From Trichodelitschia bisporula (lineage: Eukaryota), in the NCBI GenBank assembly GCA_010356995.1, contig ML996707.1, positions 248,001 through 312,000 on the forward strand: DNA of 64,000 nt, given 5' to 3'. Of this stretch, positions 59,590 through 64,000 are shown in pieces. Position 1 is the stretch's first letter. Each line of letters opens with the position of its first letter. The translations under genes were made by a program, and so were the position numbers. The notes beneath the pieces are model-generated. The model was not told where the DNA came from. It did no database searches and worked only from the letters and a program-made list of their open reading frames with translations.

Positions 59590-60005
59590 CTAGAACTCTG
59601 AGGCAACATCTCCGCGCCGTTTCCCGCGCAGCTCCCACTTGCCCTACAGCGCATATAATTTAGCCAGAATCTCCAGTTGCAGCGTGCGACTGAACATCCA
59701 GCCTCCGCTCGGGAAGAGGCAGCACTCACATCCGTCATGTAGGCAACGTATCCGAGGGCGGAGGGTATGGCGACCACATACGTGAAGGTCATCCAGGCGG
59801 TGCGCGGCGTCCAGCGGAAGTACCGCATGCGATGGACATACATGTCTATGTCCTGTTAGGACAGCTGATTTGAGGGGTTCAGGCTCTGGAGCTCATACTG
59901 GCATATTTGACCAACGCCGGGTCCATGTGGAGCGCTGCGACTCAGTTAGCCATTGCTCCACCGTTCAGCATGCCGTCGAGACGTACTGTTGGCGTGACCC
60001 GCCAT
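59590..60005 (-). CDS. NDUFB4: NADH:ubiquinone oxidoreductase B15 subunit (NDUFB4-like), 4 exons
   Basis: Spliced product [74 protein letters not shown]. Confidence 0.88.
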
Positions 60006-60547
60006 CCTGAGTGTGGGACGCATCGTGGATGGTGTGTGCTCTGAAGCTCGGTATTCGCTGTGTAGGGACAGAAGGGCGCAAGGAGTTGTCGTCGGGGCTT
60101 GGTGCGTGCTGCGCCAAGCTTCGTGATGCGAACGTCACGATCACGTGCACTCGTATCGTGTTCCGACCTGCGCCTCTTTCAGCCACTTATACGCGTTCAA
60201 CCTCGGTTCAACTTCGAAACCGTAAGGCGGAGCACATCTTGATTTGCAATTGTTTCTTCCCTCGCATGGCTAGACCCCCAATCCCAGCTCGGATCCGACA
60301 ATCTTCAGATGGCGGTGACGTTGAGCGATGCCGAGCACGAATCGAGAACGCGGGAAATTCCTTAACGCCATGCATATACTAGCCACGCTTAAAGGCTTAA
60401 AGTTGTACGGTCGGGACAACCATTTCCCCTACGGCTTTGTTTTGCAACTTTGATTGCTCTTGTCTCTTGTATAAAGCGCCATACGTGAAGGAGCTTTACT
60501 CGCTCGGTGTTCATCCTCTCTAGAAAACGTCATCTTTCTTGATACCA

Positions 60548-61459
60548 ATGGCTTTCCCTGCTCCGAACCAGAAGGCCAAGGTTACGCTTCATTGGTAAGT
60601 GCTGAAGCTTCAGTGGTATTCAGTTGAAAGCAGGACGGCAAGCCGTCGTAAGGTGTTTAAGCGGATGCTTACTTTTTCCAGGCTCAACAAGTCGAGAGCT
60701 CAGCGGATCGTATGGCTTCTCGAAGAGCTCAAGATCGACTATGACTTGAAGGTGTACAAGCGTTTGCCTTCCATGTTTGCGCCTCCGGCCCTCAAAAAGG
60801 TTCATCCTCTGGGGAAATCACCTGTCATTGAGATCCAGGCCGAAGGAGCAGAGCCGAAGGTCATTGCGGAGTCGGCGTTGATAGCCGAATACTTGGCTGA
60901 GTATTTTGGCCCCTCGTTGATTCCGGCCCGTTATGCTCCCGGCAAGGAGGGACAGATCGGTGGTGAAACCGAGGAGTGGCTGCGGTACAAGTTTTTCATG
61001 AACTATGCCGAGGGGAGCTTAATGCCGTTGAATCTGATCGCGTTGATCATGAACCGTAGGTGTAGGTTTTCTACGTCTGGGAGACACGTGCTGATCCGCC
61101 CAGAGCTCAAATCACCCAGAATCCCGTTCCTCATCCGGCCAATTTCTAAAATTATCGCAGGCCAGGTTGAGTCCGGCTTTTTGAAAAGCAACTACAAGAC
61201 GCATCTACAGTATCTCGAATCACTGCTGACCGGCACTGACTCAGAGGAGTTCTTGTGCGGACCAAATCTGACGGTTGCCGATATCTTGATGGTCTTCCCG
61301 CTGGAAGGGGCCCAGGATCGTGCGGAGTTCGGTGATCTCTATCCCAAGCTGGCAGCCTACATCAAGCGCATCAAAGAGAGAGAAGCATACAAATCGGCGG
61401 TTGAAAAGGCCAAAAGGGCTGAGAGTGCGACTACGGAGCATATCAGCGGGTCATTGTAA
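60548..61459 (+). CDS. Glutathione S-transferase (GTT1-like), 3 exons
   Basis: VTLHW|LNKSRAQRIVWLLEEL, HPLGKSPVI, AESALI, YAEGSLM, LTVADILMVFPL, YPKLAAY. Confidence 0.93.
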
Positions 61460-62016
61460 CCGCTATCTTTGTCAACTTGTGACTATTGTTGCTGGACGCG
61501 AATTGAATCTGTCTACTCGTCGGTATCGTGTTACTGACCCAAATGAAACAAGTAAAATGATGTATCTGCACGCTGCTTTCTTCTGGCTCTCCGGTTCGGC
61601 TCCGCTATGGTACTTGAGCCGGGCACTTCTTTATTTGAGTGCTGTGTTGCTGTTTCAGTTATCTTAACAAACCTTTATATCTTCCGGCTGTGATGCAACT
61701 GCAAGTGAAGAAGGGATAGCTGTTCCTGCTCCGACACCGCCAGTTCTGTTCAGTTTAAGAGCCGCCAGGTTGATAACTCAACGGCCGGAGGCTCTACTAC
61801 GTACACGTGGATCTCAGAGGACGACATGTGGAGTAGTGCAGGTGTGCATTGAGACTGCTGTCGGGCATGGTTATCCCTGCACAGAGGACAAAGCTCGAAA
61901 AAGCAACCATTTGACGTCACCTATCGCGCTTCCACCGCTGTACCCCACTCCGTTCCAACCCACGGATATATCGCCATGCACACCCTGTTCTCCAAATACA
62001 CGCCCCACTAGCAGAC

Positions 62017-64000
62017 ATGCCCGGTCTAGTCCGGAAGTTGCTCATCTTCGCCGCTATCGACGGTCTAGTTCTCCAGCCCGCGCCGCCGCGCAACCATAAA
62101 CCCGCGACCGAGCAAGCCATAAAGCTCGCCTACGGCTCAAATGCGATCGCACCGCTGCTAAAGGACCGCCGTGAGGAGGACACGTCTCCAGATGCGCTTG
62201 AGGCGCATGGCGTAGTCGGTATGTGCGTCTGAGAGATTTAGGCGGGGGTGCTGATCCTATAGGCTTGTTGAAGGTCGCGTCCGCGTCGTTCCTGATCTCC
62301 ATATCCCGCCGTGAGCAGGTCGCGGTCATCCGCGGCAAGCCTGTGTACTGCATCAGTGAGGTCGCGCTTATTCCTCTGTCGTCTCAGGGTGATGCTGCAG
62401 AGGCGATTCGGCGCGCGCGAGAGTCGCAGCAGCGGCATGCGAAGAAGGAGGCCAACGAGGATGAGATGCTGAGCTCGAGCTCGGAGGACGAAGCGGAGGA
62501 CGACATTTCTATCCCTGACGCACACTCGACAACGTCTTCCCCGCCTCCGGAGAGCGCGCGCGAGGCCCCCAAGACAAAAGTAGCAGAGGATGTTATCGGC
62601 AAGAAGGGGGTTTACGGCCGCTTTGCTCAGCGCTGGTTTTCCAAAGCCGGTTGGGCATCTGAAAGCCGTAGGACCCAGGGCATGAGTAGTGAGGAGAATC
62701 TTGCAAAAGCTGTCTCGGATGAGAGCGCTGCAGCCCAGGTTGACGCCTCCGAAGCTGCTCCCGTGAAACAGTCCGTGTCTAACGAAGCACCGGAAGAAGT
62801 TGCACACGTCGTACAACCCAAGCAGCCAGAGAACGCGTTCATACTGTACCGCACTGCCTATGAAAAACAAGTTTCTAAGCAAAACAGCGAGATCCCTCTT
62901 CTTCCGAAGCTGTTGACCGTCACGAAGTTGTTCTTCAGCTCGAAGAACTTCTACTTCTCTTATGAGTACAATTTGTCGAAGACCTTTGCCCAACAAGGAA
63001 ATCAAAACAGTTCAGTGCCGTTGTATAGGGCATATGATTCATTGGTGGGTTACCATTAACCGTTTGATCTCATGCTGACTCTGTAGTTCTTCTGGAATCA
63101 GCATCTCATTTCGCCATTCATAGAGGCAGGCCAGGACAGCTTTGTTCTGCCCCTTATTCAAGGCTTTATCGGCCAGCGCGGGTTTTCCGTCGACACTACG
63201 CCTTCGGATGCCAACTCGATCATCGATGTTCACAACTCCGACGGAGCCATCGCCCTGCAACAGTTGACGCCTTCGAGCGAAGAGCCTGAGCCTAACCTTA
63301 CGCAGCAGCAGAAGGAGGTGAAGGAGAATCCGAATGTGGCCAACTTCTTCCTCACACTCATCTCTCGCCGCTCTGTCAAGCGACCTGGCCTCCGCTACCT
63401 CCGCCGCGGCGTTGACGACGAAGGCAATGCCGCCAACAGCGTGGAGACGGAGCAGATTCTGTCATCGTTGACCTCAGACTCCAAGGATGCCAAAACCTAC
63501 TCCTTCGTTCAGTACCGCGGTTCGATCCCGCTCTTCTTCTCCCAGAGCCCGTACAGCCTAAAGCCAATCCCCGTCTTCCGCGGTTCATTTGAGCAAAATG
63601 CCGCTGCCTTCAAGCTGCATTTCCAACACCTTGCCTCCCGCTACGGCCAAATCCAAGTCGCAAGCCTGGTCGAGAAACACAACACCGAAGGCAAACTAGG
63701 CGAAGCCTTCGAGAAGCACGCCAACGCGCTCAATGAAAGCGGCGGCATCGACGGCCACGGCGCCCAGCTCGGCTTCGAATGGTTTGACTTCCACGCCGTC
63801 TGCCGCGGCATGAAATTCGAGAACGTGTCCCTGCTCTTCGACACCCTGCGCTCCCGTCTCTCTGCCTTTGGCTACACCGTCGTGGAGGCCGATCGCGTGA
63901 TCCAGACGCAATCCGGCGTCCTCCGTACTAACTGCATGGACTGCCTCGACCGCACAAACGTCGTCCAGTCCGCCTGCGCGCGCGACGCCCTCGAGCAGCA
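62017..64000 (+). CDS. SacI-homology phosphoinositide phosphatase (3' end beyond the window)
   Basis: FYFSYEYNL, FFWNQHL, LPLIQGF, LISRRSVKRPGLRYLRRGVD.EGNAANSVETEQI, QYRGSIPLFFSQ and catalytic CX5RT motif RTNCMDCLDRTN at about 63924-63959. Confidence 0.93.

Overview
Eukaryotic DNA from a filamentous ascomycete (Pezizomycotina; Dothideomycete-like is inference only). It is gene-dense and GC-rich, with many short (about 42-60 nt) GT-AG introns carrying CTRAC/CTAAC branch sites. About 25 protein genes can be reconstructed by eye: fasciclin, isochorismatase, PUS7, GH2 beta-mannosidase, choline/ethanolamine kinase, flavin polyamine oxidase, ALO1, a TM-RING-H2 ligase, a single-pass PY-motif membrane protein, Bys1, SSADH (UGA2), CPS1/DIP2, a DHA1 MFS transporter, prefoldin 4, RSE1/SF3B3, MSS51, nitrilase, an OSGIN-like flavoprotein, NDUFB4, GST, a truncated Sac-domain phosphatase and several orphans. 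There is also an intron-containing tRNA-Gln(CTG). I see no intact mobile element, CRISPR array or biosynthetic cluster. The most notable non-obvious signals are: (1) a box C/D snoRNA in an RSE1 intron, with an 18S A541-type guide and a second guide matching the LSU rRNA; (2) a membrane-protein gene whose likely C-terminal motif lies in the +1 frame behind GTT-TGA-G; (3) an HMG-box-like fragment in the Sac phosphatase; (4) a GC-AG intron in PUS7; (5) two diverged intergenic direct repeats; (6) a small spliced orphan with a Cys4 motif that the ORF track misses. Family assignments come from recalled motifs, not database searches, and exon boundaries are manual.
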